From positions 1,706,389 to 1,770,388 of the forward strand of contig CM121343.1 in NCBI GenBank assembly GCA_051530055.1: DNA of 64,000 bases. Reading direction: 5' to 3'. Each line of letters begins with the position of its first letter. Position 1 is the stretch's first letter. Under the pieces are notes generated by a model. That model ran no database searches. It had not been told where the DNA came from and worked only from the letters and a program-made list of their open reading frames with translations. The stretch is from Neoechinorhynchus agilis. Taxonomy: Eukaryota > Animalia > Acanthocephala. Positions 40,301-52,519 of the stretch are shown here, in pieces. The translations under genes were made by a program, and so were the position numbers.

Positions 40301-41745
40301 CACGTCTCCGCCATCCTTGTGCGTTCAATGAACATTTCCAGATTACTGCGGCGATTGTGCATGAAATCTTTAATTGTGACGTCACGTTTCCGCCATCCTT
40401 GGGCGTTCACTGAACATTTCCAGATAACTGCGGCGATTGTGTATGAAATCTTTAATTGTGACGTCACGTTTCCGTCCATCCTTGTGCGTTCACTGAACAT
40501 TTCCAGATTACTGCGGCGATTGTGCATGAAATCTTTAATTGTGACGTCACGTTTCCGTCCATCCTTGTGCGTTCAATGAACATTTCCAGATTACTGCGGC
40601 GATTGTGCATGAAATCTTTAATTGTGACGTCGTCTCCGCCAACCTTGTGCGTTCAATGAACATTTCCAGATAACTGCGGCGATTGTGCGTGAAATCTTTA
40701 ATTATGACGTCACGTTTCCGTCCATCCTTGTGCGTTCAATGAACATTTCCAGATTACTGCGGTGATTGTGCATGAAATCTTTAATTGTGACGTCACGTTT
40801 CCGCCATCCTTGTGCGTTCACTGAACATTTCCAGATAACTGCGGCGATTGTGCGTGAAATCTTTAATTATGACGTCACGTTTCCGTCCATCCTTGTGCGT
40901 TCAATGAACATTTCCAGATTACTGCGGCGATTGTGCATGAAATCTTTAATTGTGACGTCCGTTTCCGTCCATCCTTGTGCGTTCACTGAACATTTCCAGA
41001 TTACTGCGGCGATTGTGCATGAAATCTTTAATTGTGACGTCACGTCTCCGCCAACCTTGTGCGTTCAATGAACATTTCCAGATTACTGCGGCGATTGTGC
41101 ATGAAATCTTTAATTGTGACGTCACGTCTCAGCCATCCTTGGGCGTTCGCTGAACATTTCCAGATAACTGCGGCGATTGTGCATGAAATCTTTAATTGTG
41201 ACGTCACGTTTCCGTCCATCCTTGTGCGTTCACTGAACATTTCCAGATTACTGCGGCGATTGTGCATGAAATCTTTAATTGTGACGTCACGTCTCCGCCA
41301 ACCTTGTGCGTTCAATGAACATTTCCAGATAACTGCGGCGATTGTGCGTAAAAGCTTCAATTGTGACGTCACGTCTCAGCCATCCTTGGGCGTTCGCTGA
41401 ACATTTCCAGATAACTGCGGCGATTGTGCGTGAAATCTTTAATTATGACGTCACGTTTCCGTCCATCCTTGTGCGTTCAATGAACATTTCCAGATTACTG
41501 CGGTGATTGTGCATGAAATCTTTAATTGTGACGTCACGTTTCCGTCCATCCTTGGGCGTTCACTGGACATTTCCAGATAATCGCGGCGATTGTGCGTGAA
41601 ATCTTTAATTGTGACGTCACGTTTGCCTCCATCCTTGTGCGTTCAATGAACATTTCCAGATTACTGCGGCGATTGTGCGTGAAATCTTTAATTGTGACGT
41701 CACGTTTGCGTCCATCCTTGTGCGTTCACTGAACATTTTCAGATA
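37356..41745. repeat. 83-bp tandem satellite, about 53 units
   Basis: GTGCGTTCACTGAACATTTCCAGATTACTGCGGCG...GTGACGTCACGTTTCCGTCCATCCTT at 83-nt spacing (37356, 37439...). Confidence 0.97.
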
Positions 41746-41807
41746 AGCTTTAGTGACCAGTTTAGTAATGGAAGTCGCGATTAAATTAACTCCTTGTGTT
41801 GTTTCAG

Positions 41808-43425
41808 ATGCCAGTGCAACTGCGTTTATTGTTGCCAAAGTCCAAAAAAGATGATCCGTTCCACACGGTATGGATGGCATCGAATGTTGAGACTTCGATT
41901 CCTCGTACACAAGCAAGTTGCAGTGATTTAATCGACTGTATCCATTCGATCGCGAATCCTCCTTTTATGATTACATTTCAGGTCAAAAGTAGCCTTATGG
42001 TCGGACTTGCTCGCATTTATGTTGCCAAATTAAAGTTTTTATTAGATGATGTGACTGTAATTCAATTTAAGATGAGGACCCATTCATATACAAATAAGAC
42101 AATCATATCAACTCATTCGACATGGGTAATAGCGTAGTCGAGTGATGTGTGTGTTAAAGGATAATCCCTTAGGAGGTCGTAAGCGACGACATGAAAAGCT
42201 TGGTGCAGACAGTCCGAAGTCAGTGACTAGTCGATTGATTACCATCGAAGAGTTGGATATAATCAAAGGTAATAAACATTCGAGAATAGACAATGAGCAC
42301 TTGCGCGAAGAAATACGGGCAATGACCGCTAAAGCATCAACGAGAATTGTCAAAGAAAGGAAAGCGAACGAAGTTGCTAATCAACGAATCATAGATGACT
42401 TTGGGGATTCACAAGTTGAAGCTCAATTCGGTGTTCATCCTGGACAACTTTTTTTACAGGAGATCACTCAAAGCTCCCCTGGTTTCCTTAACGAAGGGAC
42501 CCGTATTTTGGGAGCAAACGCCAGCCCTAAAGGTGAAGAGATCAATATCTCTGCATTTAGTAAAAACGGCGCAAAGGAATCACTTGAACTTATGAATTTA
42601 TCCGTTAATCTGAGTCATACTAGGAAATCTAAAGCATTATTAGATCTTTTAAATGTGTCAATTGCAGATTCGAATAGAAACGAAGGAGATGTATTCGATG
42701 ACATTAACACGACGAGCATTTTGAATCAGAATGGACAAACGATAGTTCGTAACATAGACAAGCAAAGGCGAATAAAGATGAAGCGACAAAAATTGCCTAA
42801 AGGAAAGTATTTGGCTGTTGATGAATATACAACGCTTGACCCGTCTCAACTAAGGCAACTCTTGTGCAAGGATGTATTTCCTGGACAACAGCAAAGCGGA
42901 TTGTCGATTGCTCCCTACACCAGAGAATTCTTGACGATGGAGCGCATCGCCAATGGTGACATAGAATGTCAAGATATTAGTGAGATGAGGTCTGCAAAAC
43001 TTATTCAGCGACTTACAGAGCTTCAGTCTTTTGCACGCGGAGTTTCGGAAAACCTCGAGGAAAGCACGGAAACTGGAAACAAGCGTCCTTTTGCACAAAT
43101 TAACGAGATGACCAAGGCTACAGGGAAAACTACCAATGCAACATTTGCAGAGCAGTTGATGGTTTCGAACTTTGGAAGCTGCTGTAAAGTGCTTAAGACA
43201 GGGAAACGCGAAACTTTGTTCGGTCATCTTCAAAAGGCATACGCGCTATCAGCGGATAACGAATTGGATGTGGGTTCATTGGCGGTACAAATTCCATGCG
43301 GAAAATCTGTGAGATCACGAGTTGCCCATACTTTCTCATTGATGCTCGAAATGAGTAAGTTGTCTATAGTTGACATTTCTCAGAAGGAGCCATTTGGCAG
43401 CATTACTGTAAGGCTAAACGCGTGA
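41808..43425 (+). CDS. Rad21/Rec8-family cohesin kleisin, ~527 aa; one 34-nt intron (42126-42159)
   Basis: N-terminal domain (PFHTVWMAS...SSLMVGLARIYVAKLKFLLDD) and C-terminal winged helix (RVAHTFSLMLEMSKLSIVDISQKEPFGSITV); Rad21 versus Rec8 not resolvable by eye. Confidence 0.85.
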
Positions 43426-43901
43426 TTCTGAAGGGTAAAGTGCCGAGTAAATCGCGTGGCGATGATAACTCGTGCATTCTTACCAACCAACTCCAGACAG
43501 CTACTTTTAAAAAATTAGGAAGACTTCCGTTTGATTTGTGGGGCAACTCGTAAACATCCCGCTAAATTTGCATCCTCGGTTCGGGAATGACTCACGAAAT
43601 CTCAGGGAGAAACTTTTCGAACTAGGTTCAGTATAGATTTTGAACGTATAACCTAGTAAATTGTGGAGAAAGCATTCTACTTTGAGCTTTAAATAGATAT
43701 CATTTCGTTCATTTCTATATTACACTGAGTCTAAGTGATTAAATCTCTTTCCTGATGCAGGATATCGGTTGGCTGTGTGCCTAAAGGAAAAGACGAGTAA
43801 GGGATGATATTGTTTGGTTGCGGTAACACTGAAATCGCCGTTAAGTGTTCATACGTGATCTAGATTTTTTGTTATAGACAATTGTGGATCGGTAATGATG
43901 G

Positions 43902-44570
43902 CAGGAAAGTCTGATTTCGGCGTCCGCAGTATTTGGTAATATCGCTTCCTAGTCCGTCTTCGGTTTACTGCTATCATCAGTTGACTGTATTCCAATTGGA
44001 AGTTCTGCTTGAAATCTTTCTCGTCTATATATTTTACATTGGAGACACACTAATTAATGACATTTTCTGGGTTTTCGTAGGGGGAAGATGTTAGGGAGAG
44101 TTTTAGACATCAACTCGACAAATATCAGAACTCCTCAACGAGCAGGATGAGTTTTCCGCTTCGATGTCGCTGCTTTAACACATCCACGCGCCTTTGCAGA
44201 TTTATGAGCTTAGGTCGTAGGACGGGAAAGCTCGGACAGGAAAGTCTGATTTCGGCGTCCGCAGTATTTGGTAATATCGCTTCCTAGTCCGTCTTCGGTT
44301 TACTGCTATCATCAGTTGACTGTATTCCAATTGGAAGTTCTGCTTGAAATCTTTCTCGTCTATATATTTTACATTGGAGACACACTAATTAATGACATTT
44401 TCTGGGTTTTCGTAGGGGGAAGATGTTAGGGAGAGTTTTAGACATCAACTCGACAAATATCAGAACTCCTCAACGAGCAGGATGAGTTTTCCGCTTCGAT
44501 GTCGCTGCTTTAACACATCCACGCGCCTTTGCAGATTTATGAGCTTAGGTCGTAGGACGGGAAAGCTCGG
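43902..44570. repeat. Tandem duplication, 2 x 335 bp; its 3' part is a dispersed repeat also present inverted at ~25820-25930
   Basis: CAGGAAAGTCTGATTTCGGCG at 43902 and 44237; GCTTCGATGTCGCTGCTTTAACAC...GACGGGAAAGCTCG shared with the reverse complement of 25820-25930. Confidence 0.9.
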
Positions 44571-44862
44571 AAACAAAAATTTTCTTTATTATTACATTCG
44601 AAGTGTCAATTTCCAAAATAAACCCTGAAAAAAGAAAGTTAATTTGGAGGTGTGATTTAGACACAACATGGCGCAATGTTTAAACTCGCGTAGAAACGTG
44701 TTGGGCTTTCGACAGGTTTCACGGGATCGTCCGAACTCGGACATTTCACCTAAATTCCCGTGAGCAAAGAAACAGCGATTTCGTTTTATTTACACAAAAC
44801 GCACTTTTTAAGGTAAAATTAAAAGTATTGTTACGCTATCCTGACTACAGATCGCCTTAAGG

Positions 44863-47800
44863 TTAACCAAATTGATTTCCCATCATATGAGCGGGAAAAA
44901 CATTCATTACAGGGACATTCACGTGTTGTGATATTCCCCCACCGAACGGTAGGAAACTCAATTGGTGAAAAGGTATTGCTGACGGATGTTGGTTCATATC
45001 CTGCCCGTTACCGTTGCGATGAACTGGTATTACCATTACATTTCCTGCCATCGACTTGTATGGCATTTGTGGTGCATTATAACCGCTTGTTGCCATTCTG
45101 GGATTCCTAGGTGCCTGTGGACCATATTTGTCTCGGCGATTTCGGTTCCTCTCCATTTGCCATTCAATCATTTCTTCACGTTCAGCATCAGACCGCTGAA
45201 ACGTTCGGATCTCAGGAGTGTCCGAAAACGTGACAGTTTTATTTTTTAGCTTGTTTGAAACTGCCGTGGGTCCATCTTTAAGGTTCAGATTAAAGCTCGC
45301 TGCGTCATATCGACCACAGTCGCCTGATTTTTGATCATATGTCAAAAGAAGTGTAACGTTTTTACAAACGAGTTTTTCTGGTGCAACGTGCAAAACGGGA
45401 TAATTTGCCATTGAAGTAATAATCTGAATTTCTGCATTTAGTACATTAGCAATCGCAAGAGGTATAGCGTTCTGTAGAGGCCAACTACACTTTCCGGTTT
45501 TTTGAAATTGATCAACGTCCGCATCATAACTTATGTTGCTGAGATATGCAATGTATCGATCTTTATTGCGACGCCATTCTCGAATGCATGCTCGATGTAG
45601 TCTTCGAACTAATCGATCAACAGTATAATTAGTCGTTGGGATTTCATGAAGCTTCAGACGATCATTAACAAAACTTGCGAAATCTCCGTTGGTTGAACAA
45701 TTATAAGCGAGACTTTTCGCGATCGCCAGAAGGCACCCGTTCGTTTCCTGCATCGCAATTGAACTTGCGCGACGTTGATGTTCAGGGAGCATGTCGTTGA
45801 AATCGAGAAACTGACAGTCGAGTTTAGTGAGATTTGACTTTAAAATATCAACATGCTCGCCGTTTTTACCGTCTTCTTCATTTTTACTTATCACTAATCG
45901 ATCAGGGGCACAATGCTTTTCAACGTCGTTAGATTCACATTGTTTTGCATTTTGTTGTTGGTTTTGTACATTATCTTCAGTTGTCTCGACTGACAGCGTG
46001 AGACGATCGTTGCAAGTTTTCTTCAATCTAAAGGGCGATTGTTCGCGGTCTTTGCCTTCTAAGCTACAAACTGCATCCACTATTCGGTCGGGAAGCAGGT
46101 TATACATCGATGAAGTTCGAAGTGGATCGTTCTTAATTTCACGAATATCATCTTCTTCCCCAACGTCGTGTGCGATTTCATTGGAACTGACCGAGTATTG
46201 ATTCACTCGCTCTTTAGTGGGATTGTTAGCCGTGCTGCTGCCGCTGTGACTTGGCACGTTAGTCGACATTCTTGTTGTCAGTGGTTTCGATAAGCGTTTG
46301 TTTACAGCATCGTTATTACTAACCTGCCCGGTTTTGTTCGGATTGTTGAAGATCTCTCCAGAGCTCCAATTATTTTCAGTATCAACACCTTTTCGTATTC
46401 TTACGACTGCCATATCATCTTCCTCCTCAGACTCGTTAACACTCTCCATAGTGAACGTTTTATAGATTGCCGGTGAAGTGTCGTTGACTGCAAACTGCTC
46501 GACGTAATTGTCACCCGTTCTGTCTTGATTTGACTCATCCACTGTTAAATATGAATCAAGATTAGCTAATGTATTATCCAGATCTGCTTGGAATTGCCTT
46601 TCTTTTAAACTGTTATTGTTAAGTTCAAACTTTTCGCCAGCTTCACACTGCATTTTTTTCTGATACGATGTTTTCCCCTGCTCCTTTAGCGCCGCGGTAT
46701 TTCCTATTCTTGGATATTGAACAACTTCCTTATCCGAATAAGAATTCGGCTTTCGAGTTGTTTGATCCGACGATGAGTCGATCTGCTCAAGTTTTGATTC
46801 TAAATTCGTCTTAGCGCGATCATTCTCATGGGTTATTGTAGGGTTGCTAGTTTCATCTTCTATTTGACCATCATTATTGGAATCTATTATGCGACTTAAA
46901 GCAGTAATTAGTTTATCTTTGGTTCTGATGAGTTTGTTTCGTAAGTCATTTTTCTTCTCATGCTCGTTATTTGGCTGAGTGTCAGTTACAGATTTTCTTG
47001 CAGCGACAGTGTCGCTTGCATTGATCAGTTGAGAGATATTTGGAAAACCGTGGGACACGATTAACTCATCGAAATGCTGGTTAGCTTCGTTTTTGACGAG
47101 GTATATAGTTTCAAATTGGTTTGGATCTCTGTTCAAAGAACATGCTATGATCGTGGGAGATTGTTGTGTCGATTGAGATGAGTGAAACACAACCATATTA
47201 CAAGCGATTGAATTCGCGATTGCGTGTAGAAGTGGTCTTTCAAGTTGATATCGGTAGTAGTTGTATTCAACAATCGAATGACAGTCTTTTTCTATGCACA
47301 CATTAGTCGTCCTATCATGCTCATCCATGTAGTTGTTATAATGACTCGCGTTTGTTCTTAAATGCTGATAGGTTATATCACGGAGGAATATCGCCAATCG
47401 CTCTTGAATTTGCCCTTCATCGAAATTCATCTTCAGTGATACCATGGCTGTCATCACCTGATTATTGTCGATCCTACTTAGGTTCTTAATACAGTACGAT
47501 ACAGCGCCGAATATCGGAATGCATGCATAATTTCGCGGTTTCACAGTACCTCCAAACTTTGAACAAACGCTTTCAAGGTGTCGCAAATGCCGATTTACAT
47601 CAGCTTGTGTAAATTGTGCTAAATGAGAATTTTTATACTTAAGAATTCAACGGTTTAGTAATAGGAGCAGTGACCACCCTTGAAGAACGCAAAATGACCA
47701 AATACAGGAACCTATGTACAAATCATTCACTCGGATCGTTTGGTACCGAAGCGCAGGACCTTTTCAATCAATCGTCTAAGAGATTGAGACGAATCACTGG

Positions 47801-49449
47801 CGATCAGGAGCACTCCTCGTAACGAGGAAACGCTGTATCCATCCTTAAGAATTCAACGGTTTAGTAATAGGAGCAGTGACCACCCTTGAGGAACGCAAAA
47901 TGACCAAATACAGGAACCTATGTACAAATCATTCACTCGGATCGTTTGGTACCGAAGCGCAGGACCTTTTCAATCAATCGTCTAAGAGATTGAGACGAAT
48001 CACTGGCGATCAGGAGCACTCCTCGTAACGAGGAAACGCTGTATCCATCCTTAAGAATTCAACGGTTTAGTAATAGGAGCAGTGACCACCCTTGAGGAAC
48101 GCAAAATGACCAAATACAGGAACCTATGTACAAATCATTCACTCGGATCGTTTGGTACCGAAGCGCAGGACCTTTTCAATCAATCGTCTAAGAGATTGAG
48201 ACGAATCACTGGCGATCAGGAGCACTCCTCTTAACGAGGAAACGCTGTATCCATCCTTTCGACCAATAATGCAGCTGAGTTATCGAGAGCGGTGGTGTGA
48301 ATGTTGGTAAGATTTGGTCAAGACTAAATGCTATTTTGAAACCATTAAGATTCCAATGAAAATTATTGATTACGGCGTAAAATGGGCGAACGATTTTCTT
48401 TTTTGAAGCATGCTAACAACCCTTGCATAATATTAGTTATCGGAACTGGAAGATCACATTTAAATGTTTGCTAATATTGGTCCACAATAAATCCAAGCGA
48501 TCGCTATTTGTATATAATTCGATAATTGACGAAGCACAGTTGATTGGTAACTTTAGTCCAGTATTTCGGAAATAAAATTACACTGCACTAGCCATTGACG
48601 GCAATAGCTTCGTGGCTATGAGTCTATGTAATATTGGGTTTTTATAGGTTTCTGCTTTATTGATTTTTTTTAATTAGAGCATGCCATACAAAAATAATGA
48701 TATATGAAGTTCCCAATCTCAGGGTCATTAATTCGGAATAATTAAATTAAGAAATATTTAAGAGGAGGGGGGAAGACTGTCCGATTTGAGAAGGATTAGA
48801 ACTTACAAGATTTGACAACTGACAAATACTGTTTAATTGCCTCATTGTATGCAATATAAATTGGATCTTTCTCGAGATTATCCTCTGGTACGAATGGGAT
48901 ATGTTCTTCATTGGCGATGGAACTAATCATCCTGATTTCAAGACCGAGAAAACTTGCAAGTGTTTGTATATCTTGACGACTATGTTGTGAGTGACTGATG
49001 GCATCTAGATTATCACTATTTGCATTGGTTTTATCTTTGGACTTTTGTTTCGCGCTTGGTCTTTTTAGATTTCTTTGACTTTGACAAATAAATTGAAGAT
49101 TGGCTCTGACATGATGTAAGTGATGGCTTACGTCGAAGGGGATGTGTTCAAGTGCCATTTGAGTATAATATCTAAGTTTATATCGATCATTTCGATCGAC
49201 ATATCGCATGAGGGACGTGGTAACAGCGGTGAACATATCCGAGTATTGACTAGCGGGCAATAGATCGTACCGGGTGATTCGTTCGTGTAATATTTGTGAA
49301 TGGCTACGAAGATCTTTTTCATAATCCTTTGATCGCTTTCTCCATCGGGAGCCGTTTGCATCCGTAGAAGAAGATACAGTAGAGTCCCTGGACGTGGCAT
49401 TTCTCCCAATTTCATGAAGACCAATCGAATTTGACGACGGTGACGGCAT
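44863..49449 (-). CDS. 1132-aa protein with three divergent OTU-like domains; two exons (49449-48807, 47618-44863)
   Basis: Phase-1 donor T|GTAAGT at 48806 and acceptor TTTAG at 47619 join the 217-aa and 907-aa ORFs in frame; repeated OTU-like pattern (e.g. NGCLLAIAKS...REWRRNKDRYIAYL...IPLAIANVLNAEIQIITS...GRYDAA). Confidence 0.72.
47638..48305 (+). mobile_element. CRE-like family B 3' end amplified as 3 x 206 bp, inside the OTU-like gene intron
   Basis: AAGAATTCAACGG at 47641, 47847, 48053; encodes EERKMTKY...LGSFGTEAQDLFNQSSKRLRRITGD..RGNAVSIL; tail GAGCGGTGGTGTGAATG. Confidence 0.8.
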
Positions 49450-49989
49450 TGCAGTAGATCAAAAAAGTGGAAGATTAGTGATGGAGCCGCCGGGGTGATC
49501 ACCTTAGCAAAAAAACAGAGGTGAATACGAGGCGCCGGAGGGTATTGATTCGCTCAATGAACGCGAGTCTTCTCGTGTGCGAGCGAACGAGCGCGTGTGC
49601 GTTAGAGCTCACGCACACTAAACGACGACGACGACGACGACGCTTCTCGAAACGGCCATGTCAATTGCTGTGACGATGGCGAAAAAGGAACGGTATAAAT
49701 TTATACCTCAACACTTTGGATGCGTTCTCATAGATTCTCACCGCCGTGGGTGACGTAATCATTGAACGATCAAAGTGACGCTTGGATCTCAACGTCCGCC
49801 TAACATAGGAGGCGATTGAACAGAAATCGAATAACGCGCCCAATTATTCGCACTTCTCTATTGAATTTTTATCCCTTCTATCAGAAAGCGCCGTCGGTTT
49901 AGATCCGTCGGACTAATCGCTATCGAGATGGCGATTTGTGTACAAACAATTCACAATGCTCAAACTTAACAAAATCGTTTCGTTCTATC

Positions 49990-50145
49990 CAATTGCTCCT
50001 TCGAGTACTCGAGCTTTATTATTGAACTGTTCATTGCGAATTTTCAAGGCCTCCTTCTCAAGCATTGCTTGGAAGTTTTTAAATATGCGAACTCGCATTC
50101 GCAAGATTGATTTCAATAAAACTCGAGTGTGTAACAATTCGCCAT
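49990..50145. mobile_element. Second copy of the 26145-26327 palindrome family; minus-strand arm keeps the U3-A8 core
   Basis: Minus strand TGC-TTGAGAA-GGAGGCCTT-GAA-AATT-C-GCA; shared CTCGAG...AACAATTCG termini. Confidence 0.7.
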
Positions 50146-50249
50146 TGGGAAAATCTTTTCGCTTTAAAAGCAACCGAACAGACACAATGTTTACTTTATT
50201 TTGCCACCATCTCGTCAGAGATTCAAAAATTTATTAATTTATTTCTCCA

Positions 50250-51580
50250 ATATTTCACCTGTTTGGTCGACCGTGGATACATGCTTTCCGCCTACCACCG
50301 TGAGCTAAATGCAGCAGCCGAAAAGGATTCGAAGGGGCGCTCAGATGCAGATTCGGCAATGCGAGTTTTGAGCAAGCGCCCTACAGTATTTCAACCAGCT
50401 GATACGCTTTCGAGACTCACAATGGGATTAGCGGGATATGAGGAAAAATACTTTCATATGATACAAGATCAATCGATCGAAAAAATAAGTCTGAATATCG
50501 ATCAATCGAGGAAATCAACGGGAAAAGACCCGAGCTGCGGCGGATTAAGCGATACTTGTGTAGTACTTGCCCTGGTGAGCTGAGTCCTTACTCGTCAAGG
50601 CGCCACGAACTTTCGGTCGAAGACGGCATATTGCTACGGATGCAAAGGCTGGTGATACCGCAAGAATTGCGGATGAGGGCATTAGACATTTTGCATACGG
50701 GTCATCTAGGAATTACCGGTATGAAGGACCTCGCTAACTTTTATTGTTGGTGGCAGACATTAGGAAGGGATATAGAAAAGAAAGTTCGGCCGACTGGCAA
50801 TGGATCACCATTCCAGTCGGCCGAATTCGGGCCGTTTTGTGAAGCGAAGGGTATAAACCACATTCGGGAGTCCACTTGAAGGACCTTGCTAACTTTTATT
50901 GTTGGTGGCAGACATTAGGAAGGGATATAGAAAAGAAAGTAGACCAATCCACAGACCACGAGCTTCACAAATGCCCTTATATCAATGGGACACAACAGAT
51001 TAACCGTGGACGAGGGTCCACGTTGATTTTGCCGGACTTATTCTTGGACACTTATTTCTAATCATCCTAGATTCGTTCAGTCACTGGCCTGAAGTTTATC
51101 CTATAAACTCAACCTCTGCCGATCGAACGATCGGGAAACCCAGGGAAGTGTTCGCGAGATTCGGGATTCCGGCAGAGCTTATATCTGGCAATGGATCACC
51201 ATCCCAATCGGCCGAATTCAGGCCGTTTTGTGAAGCGAAGGGTATAAACCACATTCGGGCGTCCACTTACCACCCTCAAACAAACGGGTTGGTAGAACGA
51301 TTCGTGGGGGCATTCAAAAGGAGAGTACAGATCACGCGAAACTCCAACTCGAATGCGCTAGCCACTGCGCAGTTTTTGATGAGCTATCAAGATTCTCCTC
51401 AGAGTTCAACCCAGAAGGCACCAGCTGAACTACTCTTGGGACACAAATTGAAAAACATATTTGACCACATTCGCCGCACCGTGAAATCCACGGTAGCAAG
51501 GAGACGATTACCACAAAAAGAGAATCGTGATGAGCGGACACAAGTTCGAGATGACATCCAACGGAAATGGAAACCATAAA
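50250..51580 (+). mobile_element. Decayed Ty3/Gypsy pol fragment (RNase H end, zinc-binding and core integrase)
   Basis: LVIPQELR..LDILHTGHLGITGMK...WWQTLGRDIEKKV; RFGIPAELISGNGSP..SAEF..FCEAKGINHIRASTYHPQTNGLVERFV; frameshifts and an internal duplication. Confidence 0.88.
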
Positions 51581-52023
51581 CGATCCTAAGCAGAAGGGCA
51601 TGGTCGTCGTACGAAGTCGAAACCGATGGAAAACCTATTCGAAGACGGAAACCGGATTGGAACCAGGCAATAATGCGAAGGTAACCGCTGATACCGATAC
51701 GGGCGAACACCCGGACGTACTAGCCATCACCATACCACGACGAGGCTCAAGGGAACGGAGACCCCACAACAGTACCATTTTGGAAAGGATAAGATGTCAT
51801 GTGAGCCTGCAAACGATCGATGCGCGATTATCACACCCACGCAATCAATCAATGCGCAACGTTGTGGATGTGGGGGGCGGGGTTGAGCGTGGACCAGAAA
51901 ACGCTTGGCGATTTTTAAGCACAGATACACTCATATCAATATATTGTCCTATTTCCAATCGATCAGTTAATTAAATCATAGAGAATTGTCATCGGGGTGA
52001 ATTTTATTCGGGTTTGGCGATAC

Positions 52024-52236
52024 TTTTCCCCCGGATTGTTGTTGGTGTTGATCATTTATTTTAAAATATTTCGTAAGCTTTTTGCTTACCTCTTCAGTTA
52101 TATTGCTTGTAAGTTTCAAATGTATGAGTTGGTGTCACATTTGAAACTTACAAGCAATATAACTGAAGAGGTAAGCAAAAAGCTTATGAAATATTTTAAA
52201 ACAAATGATCAACACCAACTACAATCCGGGGGAAAA
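52024..52236. mobile_element. Near-perfect outward-facing hammerhead palindrome with intact motifs on both strands
   Basis: 100-bp arms (52024-52123, 52137-52236) with 3 mismatches and a 13-nt spacer; TAA-CTGAAGA-G-GTAAGC-AAAAA-GCTTA(C/T)-GAA-ATAT-T-TTA on each strand. Confidence 0.88.
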
Positions 52237-52519
52237 ACATTGCCAAATACGAAGTTAATTAAATGTAACAAGAAATGTATTCTTGTGTGATGAAACATCG
52301 GCATGTGCCAATTTTCGAAAACACTTCAATCGAAAATTTGTTATTCTTTTTAAAAGCTTTTTTGGAAGTCAACTCAAAAGTTATTTTTCATAATTAAGTA
52401 CTCAAGAAAAACTGTTTGATATGCACTTATAATTTGTAAGGAAATCGATGGCAAATTTTGAATCCTCGAGTTTTCGTTCAAAGTGAGCAGGGGAAATGGT
52501 TGTTTCCCTTCACCCAAGG

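Noticed and set aside
44195-44240. Hammerhead-like GAA-AGCT-C in the 335-bp duplication and at ~25820
   Set aside because: No CTGANGA core in register; it folds as a plain hairpin (GAGCTT/AAGCTC).
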